Notes: generated by a model not told the origin, from the letters alone. Counted from the stretch's first letter, positions 30,363 to 40,792 are shown. The stretch is 64,000 nucleotides of DNA from Thermosynechococcus sp. (GCF_046299635.1 NZ_JBKBHV010000011.1:3082-67081); one strand, 5' to 3'. Translations and numbers: made by a program.

Positions 30363-30414
30363 GCTTTATTGTATCGTAATCCCACGGTGCAGCCCCTCAG
30401 TCCGCTGGAACTGC

Positions 30415-31737
30415 CTAAAATGATCCTTTCCAGTACAAAATCACCACTTCTTCGCGCAGTTGCTCCTTCGTGGCAGTGGCAAACCGCGTGCGAAACAGAT
30501 CGGTGCGCACCACTTCATAGCCTAGCGCTTGGGCAATCTCGGCCAGTAATTCCCCCGTGGGAATCCTCACCCGCAAATAGGAGGCTTGATCGCCGACAAC
30601 ATAGGCCAGTTGGGCATGGGGGCGCAAGCGCGATCGCAGGGCTGCCAAGTGACGGGCCATGCCGCCAAAGTAGAGCTTGGTAACCCGGGCGTAGCGTTTC
30701 TCAAAGCCAGAGGTCTTGCCCAGTTCGATGCGGCGACGTTCAATCTCCTCGGCAATGGCTTGGATCTTGGGGTGATCCTGAATCCAGCGATCGTCGGTGT
30801 CGGTCTGATACACATTGCGACTGTTGGAACGCAGCAGCCCCTTCTTGAGGGCTTGCAAATCGGCCTTGGTGTTGATGAAGCCCAAGATCACCGATTCGAG
30901 GCGAGTGGTGCGGGTGTAATCCTTTTCGTTGGGGTAAGGGGGAGAGGTGATCACCGCATCTACCGACTGGGGGGCTAAGACGCTATCAAGACCTCTGGCA
31001 TCCGCTAGATAAACTTGGGCAACGGTATGCTTGCAATCCTGTCTTTGCCGTAAATCGTCGGCCATTTGCCTCACTTTGGCCAGCCAAGCGCTCACGACCG
31101 GTGCATCCACTTTGGGTGAACCCATCCCCACCTCTGGACCAAACCGAAGATTACTGGCCACAAACACCAGCGTGTGGGCGATCGCCAGCAATTGATGCCG
31201 ATAGATCTTTTCTACTCTGTATTTCTGCAAGCACTCAAGGAGAATCAATACCTTGTGCAAGGGAATTGGACTGATTGACCCCGCCAAGATAAGTTGATTT
31301 TGCTCTGGAGAGAGTTGGCGCAGCGATAGGTCGGTAATCTTCCCCGGAAAAGGAACTGAGTCCTCTATTCCCTGCCGCCGCAGGATCTCAAGGGCAAGGT
31401 CTGCCACGTCACAGGAGTGGCGGTCGAGTAAGTCTGGATCAACCTGCCAATCCGTCTTTACCGACGTTGCAAAATGGGCAAATGGATTGGCTTCTGTACC
31501 CAATGAGGGGATGCCCCGCAGCTTTGATTCAACCAGCGTTGTCCCTGTGCCACAAAAGGGGTCTAGAATGACACTCTTTTCATTCAAGCCAAAGTCCTCT
31601 ATGTAATCCCGCACAAGATGGGGCGGATAGGACAGCACAAACCGATACCAATCATGAAAAGCGCGGTCTTGCTCATCTAGCTTGTTGATGTTGCCGTTGT
31701 CTCTAGGTACTTTTATATCCTTGGAATTTTTAAGCAA
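30415..31737 (-). CDS. DNA methyltransferase, N4/N6 type with motif I before motif IV (orphan)
   Basis: 440-aa ORF. SAM motif ILDPFCGTGTT is near the N-terminus and catalytic AVITSPPYPNEKDY lies about 200 aa later. No nuclease-like neighbour. Confidence 0.8.
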   Translation of the reverse strand: MLKNSKDIKVPRDNGNINKLDEQDRAFHDWYRFVLSYPPHLVRDYIEDFGLNEKSVILDPFCGTGTTLVESKLRGIPSLGTEANPFAHFATSVKTDWQVDPDLLDRHSCDVADLALEILRRQGIEDSVPFPGKITDLSLRQLSPEQNQLILAGSISPIPLHKVLILLECLQKYRVEKIYRHQLLAIAHTLVFVASNLRFGPEVGMGSPKVDAPVVSAWLAKVRQMADDLRQRQDCKHTVAQVYLADARGLDSVLAPQSVDAVITSPPYPNEKDYTRTTRLESVILGFINTKADLQALKKGLLRSNSRNVYQTDTDDRWIQDHPKIQAIAEEIERRRIELGKTSGFEKRYARVTKLYFGGMARHLAALRSRLRPHAQLAYVVGDQASYLRVRIPTGELLAEIAQALGYEVVRTDLFRTRFATATKEQLREEVVILYWKGSF

Positions 31738-31876
31738 CTCGGCTCCCGTGGCTCTTCACTTCTAATTCTCTAAGTGTATGAAAAATTGACTGCTTCGGCA
31801 GGGGGGTTACGTTGCCGACCAAGAACCCCGGGAACTCTAGCCCTCTTGGCAGCATTCTCCAGCCGCTGGCGGTACG

Positions 31877-32446
31877 TTAGGGGAGACGTTGAATCTCGGC
31901 GCGGAAGCCGTTGACCTCCATAAAGGCGCGCATTTGATTGGCGTTGGCCTCGTTTTGGAAACTGCCCACTTGCAGGGCGCGGCGCTGACCAAGGGTAATG
32001 GATATCACCTCGGGAACGAGCGATCGCAGGCGTTCTTGGTTGGCCACATCATCATCTCGCAGGTTCAAAACAATCACCCGAAACCGCGTTCTGGGGGCGA
32101 CGGGAGTGAGCGGGGTCAAATCGGCATCGGCAACGTCTGGAGGAGGCGGCAATTGATTCATCGCGCGATCATTGCCAACAAATCCCAGCGGAATAGGGGC
32201 ACTGGGAACCGGTAATCGTTCAAGGGAGTTGTCAAGCGGCTGGGGCATTGGGCTAGGAATTGGCGCCGTACTCACCTCTGGGGCAGGCACAGGAATCGGA
32301 ATGACGGTATTCACCTCTGGCGGTGGTACGGGGATGGGAATCGGTTCTGCCGCTAATCCAGGCGTCCCCCAACCCATTAGGATCAAACATAGGGAACTCC
32401 ACCACGGCTGGGAGTGAATGCTGAAACGGCTCATCAAAAATTTCAT
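31877..32446 (-). CDS. SPOR-domain-like protein with Pro-rich linker
   Basis: Signal/TM segment, then the repeat IPIPVPPPEV/IPIPVPAPEV, then a C-terminal domain RFRVIV...LQVGSFQNEANANQMRAFMEVNGFRAEI typical of SPOR. Start taken at MKFLMSRF. Confidence 0.6.
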   Translation of the reverse strand: MKFLMSRFSIHSQPWWSSLCLILMGWGTPGLAAEPIPIPVPPPEVNTVIPIPVPAPEVSTAPIPSPMPQPLDNSLERLPVPSAPIPLGFVGNDRAMNQLPPPPDVADADLTPLTPVAPRTRFRVIVLNLRDDDVANQERLRSLVPEVISITLGQRRALQVGSFQNEANANQMRAFMEVNGFRAEIQRLP

Positions 32447-32518
32447 TGCTCTATCCACAATGCCGACGAACGGTGAACAGAACTGTGTTGATTCTTTTCT
32501 GTGGGGATCGGACGGGCT

Positions 32519-33571
32519 ATGCAAAATTTAGCTCCCGCATCGGAGGGGCAACGCATTCGGCGGATTCTCGATGCCAACCTTGACCGTGCCCGCGAGGGGC
32601 TGCGGGTAATTGAGGAATGGTGCCGCTTTGGCCGTGAAGAGGCGGCTCTGAGCGCCCAATGTAAAGATCTGCGTCAAACCCTTGGCCGCTACCATACCCC
32701 AGAGCTGCGGGCGGCTCGACAAACGGATCAGGATCCGGGGACTGCCCTGAGCCATCCCCAAGAGCGCGATCGCCAGACCCTCGACGAGGTGCTTACCGCC
32801 AACTTTGCCCGCGTCCAAGAAGCGCTGCGGGTGATTGAGGAATACGCCAAGTTAACCAATGCCGAGTTGAGTGAAACGGCAAAGACCCTGCGCTATCGCG
32901 TTTACCTGCTGGAGCAAGCCCTAATCAACCCCCGCCAGGCACGACAGCGGCAACTGCAACAGGCCAAACTCTATCTGGTCACCTCTGCTAGCGATCGCCT
33001 GCTGGAAATTGTGGAGGCCGCGTTAAAGGGGGGATTGCCCCTTGTGCAGTACCGCGACAAGACCAGCGACGATCAGACCCGTCTTACCACGGCTCGGCAG
33101 TTGCAGGCGCTTTGCCGGCGCTACGGTGCCCTGTTTTTAGTCAACGATCGCGTGGATATTGCCGTGGGTGCCAATGCCGATGGGGTGCACCTCGGACAAA
33201 CCGATATTCCCATGGAACTGGCGCGGCAAATTTTGGGGGGCGATCGCCTTGTGGGACGCTCCACCACCAACCCCCAAGAACTGGAGCGTGCCATTGCCGA
33301 GGGAGCCGATTATGTCGGGGTAGGGCCAATTTTTGCCACCCCCACCAAACCCGGTAAAGCAGCTGTGGGGTTTGAATATCTGCAATACGCCCGCAAACAC
33401 GCCCCGATGCCGCAGTTTGCCATTGGCGGCATTGATCTGGGTAACATTGATCAGGTGGTCAAGGCCGGAGCGACGCAGGTGGCTGTTGTCCGCGCCATTA
33501 TGGAGGCAGCCGATCCTGAGGCAACCACCCGTGAATTCCTACAGCGCTTATCTCAAGGGGAAGCATCATGA
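32519..33571 (+). CDS. thiE: Thiamine-phosphate synthase (long cyanobacterial form)
   Basis: The C-terminal half LYLVT...VQYRDK...LFLVNDRVDIA...ADGVHLGQ...GVGPIFATPTK is canonical ThiE. There is an N-terminal extension of ~130 aa. Confidence 0.88.
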   Translation: MQNLAPASEGQRIRRILDANLDRAREGLRVIEEWCRFGREEAALSAQCKDLRQTLGRYHTPELRAARQTDQDPGTALSHPQERDRQTLDEVLTANFARVQEALRVIEEYAKLTNAELSETAKTLRYRVYLLEQALINPRQARQRQLQQAKLYLVTSASDRLLEIVEAALKGGLPLVQYRDKTSDDQTRLTTARQLQALCRRYGALFLVNDRVDIAVGANADGVHLGQTDIPMELARQILGGDRLVGRSTTNPQELERAIAEGADYVGVGPIFATPTKPGKAAVGFEYLQYARKHAPMPQFAIGGIDLGNIDQVVKAGATQVAVVRAIMEAADPEATTREFLQRLSQGEAS

Positions 33572-34758
33572 CTTCGGCGGCTGAGATTACCGCAGCTGTG
33601 CGGCAACTGTACAATACCTATCCCTTTCCGCCGGAACCCCTCTTGGATGAACCCCCACCGGGGTACAACTGGCGCTGGTCTTGGCCGGCGGCCTATAGCT
33701 TTTGCAGCGGCTGCTATCCCCCTCAATTGGACATTGCCATCCTCGATGCAGGCTGTGGCACCGGTGTGGGAACGGAATACCTTGCCCATTTGAATCCGCA
33801 GGCCCAGATCACGGCCTTGGATGTCAGCGAAAGGGCTTTAGAGATTGCCCGAGAACGCTGCCGGCGATCGGGAGCCTGCAATGTTGAATTCCATCACCTG
33901 CCTTTGGAGGAGGTGGCACAACTGAGGCAAACCTTCCAGATGATTAACTGTGTGGGGGTGCTGCACCACCTGCCGGATCCGCAGCGGGGCATTCAAGCCC
34001 TCGCCGATGTCCTTGCGCCCGGCGGCATTTTACACCTCTTTGTTTACGGAGAACGCGGTCGCTGGGAAATTAAGCTGATGCAGCAGGCCATTGCCCTGCT
34101 TTTAGGGGGCGATCGCCACAACTATCGCGAAGGAGTGGCCATTGGCCGCCAACTCTTTGCCGCCCTCCCGGAAAATAATCGCCTGAAAAAGCGTGAGCAA
34201 GAGCGCTGGAGCCTTGAAAATCAGCGGGATGAATGCTTTGCCGATATGTATGTGCATCCCCAAGAAATTGACTATACGATCGCCGGCCTTTTTGATCTCA
34301 TTGCCGCTTCTGGTCTAGAGTTTGTCGGCTTTTCCAATCCTCAGGTTTGGCGGTTAGAGCGACTCTTGGGCAGCCAACCCGAACTGTTGCAGCGGGCACG
34401 GCAACTGCCCCCCCTTCAGCAATATCAGCTCATTGAATGCCTTGATCCGGAGGCAATGACCCACTTTGAATTCTTTTTGGCCAAACCCCCCCTGCCCCGT
34501 CACGATTGGTCTCAAGATGCCGATCTGCTGGCGGCTGTGGCGTGGCGACACCCCTGCTTGGACGGTTGGCCGGGCGTCTGTGTCTTTAACTGCCACTATG
34601 AGGTGATTCAGCTCAATCGGGCTGAACAACAATTCCTAGCGGCTGCAACGGGTCAAAAAAACGTGACCGAGTTGTTAGCTGAGCAACCGGATTTGAATTT
34701 GGCAGGGGTGCGATCGCTCCTTGAGCGGAATTTGCTTCTTTTGGGAGTGCAAAAATGA
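33568..34758 (+). CDS. Class I SAM-dependent methyltransferase
   Basis: 396-aa ORF. Motif I is ILDAGCGTGVGTEYL. Its start overlaps the thiE stop by 4 nt. Confidence 0.75.
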   Translation: MTSAAEITAAVRQLYNTYPFPPEPLLDEPPPGYNWRWSWPAAYSFCSGCYPPQLDIAILDAGCGTGVGTEYLAHLNPQAQITALDVSERALEIARERCRRSGACNVEFHHLPLEEVAQLRQTFQMINCVGVLHHLPDPQRGIQALADVLAPGGILHLFVYGERGRWEIKLMQQAIALLLGGDRHNYREGVAIGRQLFAALPENNRLKKREQERWSLENQRDECFADMYVHPQEIDYTIAGLFDLIAASGLEFVGFSNPQVWRLERLLGSQPELLQRARQLPPLQQYQLIECLDPEAMTHFEFFLAKPPLPRHDWSQDADLLAAVAWRHPCLDGWPGVCVFNCHYEVIQLNRAEQQFLAAATGQKNVTELLAEQPDLNLAGVRSLLERNLLLLGVQK

Positions 34759-35705
34759 CGCCGCTAAGGGATCTACTGGAGAGGATCGCAACCGATGGTG
34801 CGGTTTATGACTGTAGCCATTGGGGTCGCCTACGCCTCAGCGGGCGCGATCGCCTGAAGTTTTTACACAATCAAAGCTCCAACAATTGCCTGGTTCTGCA
34901 ACCCGGCCAAGGGGCAGACACGGTTTTCCTGACTTCGACCGCTCGCACCCTTGATCTTGCCACCCTCCTTGTCCATCGGGAGTGGGTGGATCTACTGGTA
35001 TCCCCACAGCGCCGCGAGTTTCTCCTCCAATGGCTCGATAAGTACATTTTCTACAGCGATGAGGTTCAGGTGAGCGATCGCACCTCTGAGAGCTACTGCT
35101 ATCGAGTTTTTGGGGGTGTTGCCGAAAAAATCACTGCCCAGTTTGGCCTAGAAGGATTTACCCATCCCTACGATCATGTCACTGTTACCCACGACGGCGC
35201 TTGCCTCACCCTTGCGGCCACCAGTGGCCTTGCCCTCCCCGGTTTAACCCTTTGGAGCGATCGCCCCCTCGGCGATTTACTCTGTCCCTATCCCCAACTC
35301 AGCGATGCCGACTGGGAGCACCTGCGCATCCGCCAAGGCCGTCCGGCGGCCGATGCCGAACTCACCGAAGATTACAACCCCCTTGAAGCGCGGCTGGGGC
35401 ATACGATCTCTTTTAATAAGGGCTGTTATATCGGCCAAGAGACAATTGCCCGCCTGCACACCTACCAAGGGGTCAAACAACATCTTTGGGGACTTGAATT
35501 AAGGGTGCCGGTGACACCCCCCACCCCCCTCCTGTTAGGGGATGAAAAAGTGGGTCTTCTAACCAGTTGCACTTCCCTCAATGGGGGTGCCTTTGGTTTG
35601 GGCTATGTGCGCACCAAAGTAGGCGGTGCAGGATTAACGCTGCAAACTCCAGAGGGTATCCCTGTCCAAGTGGTGGAGGTGCCATTCTTAAGAAGTGTTG
35701 CCTAA
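34755..35705 (+). CDS. ygfZ: Folate-binding YgfZ / GcvT-like protein
   Basis: 316-aa ORF. The signature KGCYIGQE is present. Its start overlaps the previous stop by 4 nt. Confidence 0.82.
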   Translation: MTPLRDLLERIATDGAVYDCSHWGRLRLSGRDRLKFLHNQSSNNCLVLQPGQGADTVFLTSTARTLDLATLLVHREWVDLLVSPQRREFLLQWLDKYIFYSDEVQVSDRTSESYCYRVFGGVAEKITAQFGLEGFTHPYDHVTVTHDGACLTLAATSGLALPGLTLWSDRPLGDLLCPYPQLSDADWEHLRIRQGRPAADAELTEDYNPLEARLGHTISFNKGCYIGQETIARLHTYQGVKQHLWGLELRVPVTPPTPLLLGDEKVGLLTSCTSLNGGAFGLGYVRTKVGGAGLTLQTPEGIPVQVVEVPFLRSVA

Positions 35706-35778
35706 AAATGCTCTTATCAGAGAATGTTATAATCCAATCGGCTCGTGCAGAGATTGACTGACCGAAGGAAGGAAGCCT

Positions 35779-36189
35779 ATGGCCACGGCACAGGTGTTAG
35801 CATTCATGCAAAAGACTGCTGAGGATGCCCAACTGCGGAACGAACTGGAAAACCTTTTAGGGGTGGGTGACGGCAACATCAGTGGGGCTGCCGAACTGGA
35901 TGCCGAGGAGCTGGCAGCGCTGCGGGGAGAAATGGCTCCCAAGGTTGTGGATTTTGCCAGTCGGCACGGTTTTGAGTTTTCCACCGAGGAACTGGTGCAG
36001 GTGGTGGATTCCTTTGCCCGGCATCAGGCGGGGGAAATCAGTGATGACGAATTTTCCGGAATTCTCGGCGTTCCCGTCAACAGTGCTCACGCCGAACACA
36101 AAAAACGCATAGCCAATCCTCTGCGGCGCCTTGCTCGCTATCTCAGCAAAACCTACTTGGGTATCGATCCGGATGAGGAGAGCGAATAA
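35779..36189 (+). CDS. Nif11-domain protein
   Basis: 136-aa ORF. N-terminal [22 protein letters not shown] and later [17 protein letters not shown] fit the Nif11 domain. Confidence 0.6.
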   Translation: MATAQVLAFMQKTAEDAQLRNELENLLGVGDGNISGAAELDAEELAALRGEMAPKVVDFASRHGFEFSTEELVQVVDSFARHQAGEISDDEFSGILGVPVNSAHAEHKKRIANPLRRLARYLSKTYLGIDPDEESE

Positions 36190-37522
36190 GGCTCACCCCC
36201 TCTCCGCAAAGCTGCGTCCGGCGCGTCGGAAAATCCGTCTGTGGTTCCAATGGCTTCTCCCTGGGCTACTGGTGAAGCGCTGGCTTCTGGTAAGTGCATT
36301 AGGGGTGTTGCTTGCCAGCCTAGGCTTTGCCATTAGTATCAACTTGACTCCCATCTTCTATTTTTTACAATTTCTGGAGCGGTTTCTCCAGAGTGTGGCT
36401 CGTTTTGTCCCCAGTTACATCAGTGGCCCTTTGCTGCTCCTTGTGGGCTTGGCTCTCATTGCGTGGGGGTATGCCCGTACCCTGGGTTCGATTACGGAAG
36501 TCCTGCTGCCGGAGGATGATAAAGCACTGGTGGAGCGCCTCTTGGCCTATCGCCGCTTGGGGCGAGGACCGAAAATTGTAGCCATTGGGGGCGGTACGGG
36601 GCTATCAACGCTCTTGCGGGGACTCAAACTCTATAGCGCCAACATTACTGCAATTGTGACAATGGCCGATGATGGCGGCTCCTCCGGACGGTTGCGGCGA
36701 GAAATTGGGGTGCTACCCCCAGGGGATATTCGCAACTGCTTGGCAGCTCTCGCGGATGAAGAAAAATTGGTAACAGAACTCTTTCAGTACCGCTTTGAGG
36801 CGGGGGATGGCTTGGTGGGGCACAGTTTTGGCAATTTATTTCTGACGGCAATGACGAATATCACAGGGGATCTGGAGCGGGCGATCGCCACCAGTTCGGC
36901 GGTTTTGGCCGTTCGTGGTCAAGTGCTACCGGCAACGCTGACGGATATGACCCTGTGGGCACGCCTTGCCGATGGTCGCCTCATTCACGGGGAGTCCAAC
37001 ATTACGGCCGCACGGGGCAAAATTGTCGAAATCGGCTGCTCGCCCCCTGCCCCCAAAGCCCTGCCCCGGGCAATTCAAGCCCTCCGTGAAGCCGATTACA
37101 TTATTCTAGGCCCCGGCAGTCTCTATACGAGTATCATTCCCAATCTCTTGGTGCCTGAGATTGCCCAAGCCCTTGCGGAGCGCCGCTGCCCCTGCGTTTA
37201 CGTCTGCAACATTATGACCCAGCCGGGGGAAACCGATGGCTATGCTGTGAGTGATCATGTGCGCGCTCTCGATGCAGTGACGGGCGATCGCCTATTTGAT
37301 GCGGTGCTGGTGCAAAAATATCCCCCCAGTGCCGCTCACCTAGAACGCTATGCCCAGCAGGGCAGTACACCCGTAGCCATTGATCGCGACGAACTGGCCC
37401 GCCAAAACTGCCGCCTGATCCTTGCCGATGTGATGGATGAATCCACGCCGACGGTACGTCATGATTCACGGAAGTTAGCCGCTATTCTCATGCGTTGGTA
37501 TGAGCGGGTGCGATCGCTCTAG
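36173..37522 (+). CDS. YvcK/CofD-like gluconeogenesis-factor family protein with N-terminal TM extension
   Basis: [19 protein letters not shown] and [20 protein letters not shown] are hallmarks of the family. ATG at 36173 was chosen; it overlaps the Nif11 gene end by 17 nt. The track ORF starts at 36131. Confidence 0.85.
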   Translation: MRRANKAHPLSAKLRPARRKIRLWFQWLLPGLLVKRWLLVSALGVLLASLGFAISINLTPIFYFLQFLERFLQSVARFVPSYISGPLLLLVGLALIAWGYARTLGSITEVLLPEDDKALVERLLAYRRLGRGPKIVAIGGGTGLSTLLRGLKLYSANITAIVTMADDGGSSGRLRREIGVLPPGDIRNCLAALADEEKLVTELFQYRFEAGDGLVGHSFGNLFLTAMTNITGDLERAIATSSAVLAVRGQVLPATLTDMTLWARLADGRLIHGESNITAARGKIVEIGCSPPAPKALPRAIQALREADYIILGPGSLYTSIIPNLLVPEIAQALAERRCPCVYVCNIMTQPGETDGYAVSDHVRALDAVTGDRLFDAVLVQKYPPSAAHLERYAQQGSTPVAIDRDELARQNCRLILADVMDESTPTVRHDSRKLAAILMRWYERVRSL

Positions 37523-37585
37523 CCTTGTGCCTTGGGAAGGCGATCCCTAATAATAGAACCGTTGCCCTTGGCTCGGTGGCCTGCC

Positions 37586-38176
37586 ATGTCTTTGGAACTG
37601 TTGCGATCGCTTGTGTGGATGGACTACCGCCTTGCAGTCCTCTTTACGGTGGTCATTCCGTTGATCCTGCTGCTGTGGTCAACGGTTAAAAACGTGCCGG
37701 CCATTACCCAACTGCTGATTATCTATTGGCGGGTCTCTAGTCTCTTGGCAATTACGGTGTACCTGATGATGCCCCAGTGGCCGGTGGCCTACGTCACAGG
37801 GTTCATGGCCTTGGTGCTGATTCCCATTAGCCTCTGGTTTTGGGTTGATCTCAACGAAGAAATTGGCGATCGCCAAGACCTCCTCGGCCAAGTTTTTAGT
37901 AGCTGGCGTTGGGCAGTGACGCTCTACTGTGTCCTTGCCGCCATTGGTCAGGCCTTTTATCTGCCTTGTGCGTTTGTGGCCGCTGCCGTTCAGACTCCCA
38001 GTTGTCAAGTCTGGCTGGAGCCACCCCTGATGTTCAAGGAGATTTTCCACCCCCAAGCCCGCGCCGGTACCCTTGGCTTCTTTGCGGCGGTGGCCCTTGG
38101 GATCTATATGCTCTATCTGAGCTACTTTGTGTTTGTGCGCTTGCCCAAGCAGGGGCGATCGGCCACGGGGCTATAG
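37586..38176 (+). CDS. Integral membrane protein (resembles DUF3177)
   Basis: About 196 aa with 5-6 TM helices. ATG at 37586 chosen inside track ORF 37532..38176. Confidence 0.5.
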   Translation: MSLELLRSLVWMDYRLAVLFTVVIPLILLLWSTVKNVPAITQLLIIYWRVSSLLAITVYLMMPQWPVAYVTGFMALVLIPISLWFWVDLNEEIGDRQDLLGQVFSSWRWAVTLYCVLAAIGQAFYLPCAFVAAAVQTPSCQVWLEPPLMFKEIFHPQARAGTLGFFAAVALGIYMLYLSYFVFVRLPKQGRSATGL

Positions 38177-38179
38177 CCT

Positions 38180-38836
38180 ATGTCGCTGCCCCGCATTCTT
38201 GAACCGGAGGTCATGGAGACGCCAGAAGCGGCTGCCGCCTATGACGCCATGGAATTTACTGCCGTGAATGCCGCCTTCTGTGACGATTTGGCTGCCGTCT
38301 TGCCCAGCGTGGCCCCACCCTTAAGAGTGTTGGATGTGGGCACGGGGACAGGGCGAATTCTCCAAATGCTGCATCAACGCCATCCCCATTGGCAACTGAC
38401 GGGCATTGATCTGAGTCCGGCGATGCTGGCGATCGCCCGGCGCCACAGCCCGCAGTTAAACTTTGTTCAAGGGGATGCCAAAGCCTTGCCCTTTGCTGCG
38501 GCAAGCTTTGATGTGGTCATCAGCAATAGCCTCATCCATCACTTGGCCGATCCTCAACCGGCCCTAGGGGAGATGCTGCGGGTGCTGTGTCCCCAAGGAA
38601 CCCTATTTATCCGCGATCTCTGTCGTCCCAACAGTTTGGTAGAGCTGCAAGGCTTGGTTGACCAATATGCCGGCCACGACACCCCCCAACAGCGGCAACT
38701 CTTTGCCGACTCTCTCCATGCGGCACTGACCTTGATTGAAATTAACGATCTTTTGAAGACATTGCCGCAGCGGCCTCGGCAGTGGCAAGTAACCCGCACC
38801 TCCGATCGCCATTGGACTCTAGTGGCACAGGGCTAA
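38180..38836 (+). CDS. Class I SAM-dependent methyltransferase
   Basis: 218-aa ORF. Motif I is VLDVGTGTGRI, and the post-I acidic residue is in GIDLSPAML. Confidence 0.75.
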   Translation: MSLPRILEPEVMETPEAAAAYDAMEFTAVNAAFCDDLAAVLPSVAPPLRVLDVGTGTGRILQMLHQRHPHWQLTGIDLSPAMLAIARRHSPQLNFVQGDAKALPFAAASFDVVISNSLIHHLADPQPALGEMLRVLCPQGTLFIRDLCRPNSLVELQGLVDQYAGHDTPQQRQLFADSLHAALTLIEINDLLKTLPQRPRQWQVTRTSDRHWTLVAQG

Positions 38837-39384
38837 TGAAGCGGCGACATTACTTCATTGCTCTGTTGCCCAATGCTGAAATTCAGGATCAGGTGACCCG
38901 CCTCAAGCAGTACTGTTGCGATCGCTACCAAAGCCAAGCGGCTCTGCGCTCTCCGCCCCATGTCACCCTCTATCCCCCGTTTTGGTGGTCAGATGAGGAG
39001 GTAGAAGAACTCGAAAAAGCCCTAGAAGCCTTTGCACTGCAGGCCTCCCCTGTTGAATTGATCCTCGATGGCTTTGCCGCCTTTCCGCCGCGGGTCATCT
39101 ATATTCATGTGGTAGCCACGCCGGCGCTCCAGGCTCTCCAAAGGCAGCTGGTTAAAGCGGTAGCCACACCCCTGAACCTTCCGCCCACGCAACGGCACCC
39201 CTTTACCCCCCACATGACAATCGCCTTTCGGGATTTAACCAAGGAAAACTTTCACCACGCTTGGGCAGAGTTTCAGAAACAATCCTTTGCCGCCCGCTGT
39301 TGGGTATCCCACCTCACCCTGCTGGTGCACAATGGCCGACGCTGGCAGGTTCATCGTGAATTTTTGTTAAGAAATCTTGCCTAG
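38836..39384 (+). CDS. 2'-5' RNA ligase / 2H phosphoesterase family protein
   Basis: Two H-x-T-x motifs are present (PHVTLY and PHMTIA). ATG at 38836 overlaps the preceding TAA as TAATG. Confidence 0.75.
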   Translation: MKRRHYFIALLPNAEIQDQVTRLKQYCCDRYQSQAALRSPPHVTLYPPFWWSDEEVEELEKALEAFALQASPVELILDGFAAFPPRVIYIHVVATPALQALQRQLVKAVATPLNLPPTQRHPFTPHMTIAFRDLTKENFHHAWAEFQKQSFAARCWVSHLTLLVHNGRRWQVHREFLLRNLA

Positions 39385-39682
39385 GATGCTTCCTCAAAGC
39401 GGGGGGCAACAAGGCCGTGACTTGATTTTGGCTCACAGAGAAATTATGATGCAGAAAATACTTTTCTCTGAAAATTCCTAAAATCAAAAGTAAGACTACT
39501 CTAGCCTTAGTAGCGATAAATACTCAGTGTCTTTAGAGCATGCTAGGGGATCAGAGGTAAAGTCTCAAGAGCGAGGGGGCATATCGGTGTTTCCTATTCT
39601 TTGGAATCGCAGCGTTGAATCCAAACCCTGCCATAATCCGGGGAATCGTGGGGAACAGTAGCCCATTGCTGAGGATAAGGTT

Positions 39683-40042
39683 ATGAAACTGGAAGACATT
39701 TACACCTTTTTCCGCCAGCCGCCGCCGGTTTACCTGAGCAAGGAAGTTGCCGTGTGCTATGTGCTCTACACTTTGGTTGAAAAAGGGGATTCCTATGGTA
39801 CGGCGCTGATTCAAGCCATTGAAAATGAGTATCCCCTTTACCGCCTTTCCGATACGGTTCTTTACAGTGCCCTCAAATTCCTGGAGGATGAGGGGATTAT
39901 TGACGGTTATTGGAAGAAGGTGGAAGGTCGTGGCCGGCCTCGGCGGATGTACCACATTGTTAATGAAAAGGAGCAACAGGCACGAGAACTTTCAGAGCTT
40001 TGGCTGCGCTATTTACAGGAACATCCCCACCGTCAGGAGTGA
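39683..40042 (+). CDS. PadR-family transcriptional regulator
   Basis: 119-aa ORF. The winged-helix block YGTALIQAIENEY...LYSALKFLEDEGIIDGYW...GRGRPRRMY is typical of PadR. Confidence 0.8.
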   Translation: MKLEDIYTFFRQPPPVYLSKEVAVCYVLYTLVEKGDSYGTALIQAIENEYPLYRLSDTVLYSALKFLEDEGIIDGYWKKVEGRGRPRRMYHIVNEKEQQARELSELWLRYLQEHPHRQE

Positions 40043-40043
40043 T

Positions 40044-40751
40044 TTAGGGTTCGAGTTGACGCAAGCGATCGCGCACGGCTTGAATATCTTGCCACGTTAA
40101 CCACTTGGGACTACCCGGCTCCCGTGAGTTATTGCGCAACAAATACGCCGGATGAAAAATGGGCATACACCAGCGCCCCTGCCATTCAATCCACTGGCCT
40201 CGAATTTTGGTAATCCCGCGATTATCTTTCAGTAGTCCAGATACAGCCGTTGCCCCTGCCAGCAGAATAATGCGAGGGTTGACCAAGCGAATCTGCTCTA
40301 ATAAGTAGGGCAAACAAGCCGCTGCTTCAACCGGTGTTGGAACGCGGTTACCGGGGGGGCGGCATTTAACAATGTTGCAGATATAGGCATCTCGCTCACT
40401 GTCGAGATTGACGGAAGCAAGGATTTTATCGAGGAGTTGCCCTGCCTTGCCCACAAAGGGGCGGCCGGTTTCATCCTCTGCTTGACCCGGTCCTTCACCA
40501 ATAATCATCAGCTTAGCAGCAGGATTCCCCCGGCTGACCACCACATGGGTACGGGTAGCCGCCAAACCACAGCGTTGACACTGCTGACAATGCACTGCAA
40601 GAGCCTCTAAGTCGCGGTAGGTACCGGCGGGGATGGGCACCTCAGCCCGCAGTGGAATCTGATCATAGGTGGCAGGATCAAGGGGCGGCGCTGGCGCAGG
40701 TTCGGCCTCGGGGAGGGGATCAAATAAGCTAAATTGCAGTGGCTCACTCAT
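40044..40751 (-). CDS. udg: Uracil-DNA glycosylase, family 4
   Basis: Contains GEGPGQAEDETGRPFVGKAGQLL and Cys residues for an Fe-S cluster. ATG at 40751 chosen; the track ORF starts at a TTG at 40775. Confidence 0.85.
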   Translation of the reverse strand: MSEPLQFSLFDPLPEAEPAPAPPLDPATYDQIPLRAEVPIPAGTYRDLEALAVHCQQCQRCGLAATRTHVVVSRGNPAAKLMIIGEGPGQAEDETGRPFVGKAGQLLDKILASVNLDSERDAYICNIVKCRPPGNRVPTPVEAAACLPYLLEQIRLVNPRIILLAGATAVSGLLKDNRGITKIRGQWIEWQGRWCMPIFHPAYLLRNNSREPGSPKWLTWQDIQAVRDRLRQLEP

Positions 40752-40792
40752 GGGGTCGTAGCTTCCTGAGAACAATCTTAAAGAAAATTCAC

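Noticed and set aside
35779-36189. The Nif11-domain protein as a RiPP (prochlorosin-like) precursor.
   Set aside because: There is no Cys/Ser/Thr-rich core peptide and no clear double-glycine cleavage site ahead of a short core. No LanM, cyclodehydratase or peptidase-ABC exporter gene is nearby.
39560-39574. 15-nt identity AAGTCTCAAGAGCGA shared between 39560-39574 (PadR upstream region) and 50005-50019 (GATase pseudogene region), considered as a repeat family.
   Set aside because: The flanking sequence does not align. A few 15-mer coincidences are expected by chance among all position pairs on both strands of a 64-kb window.
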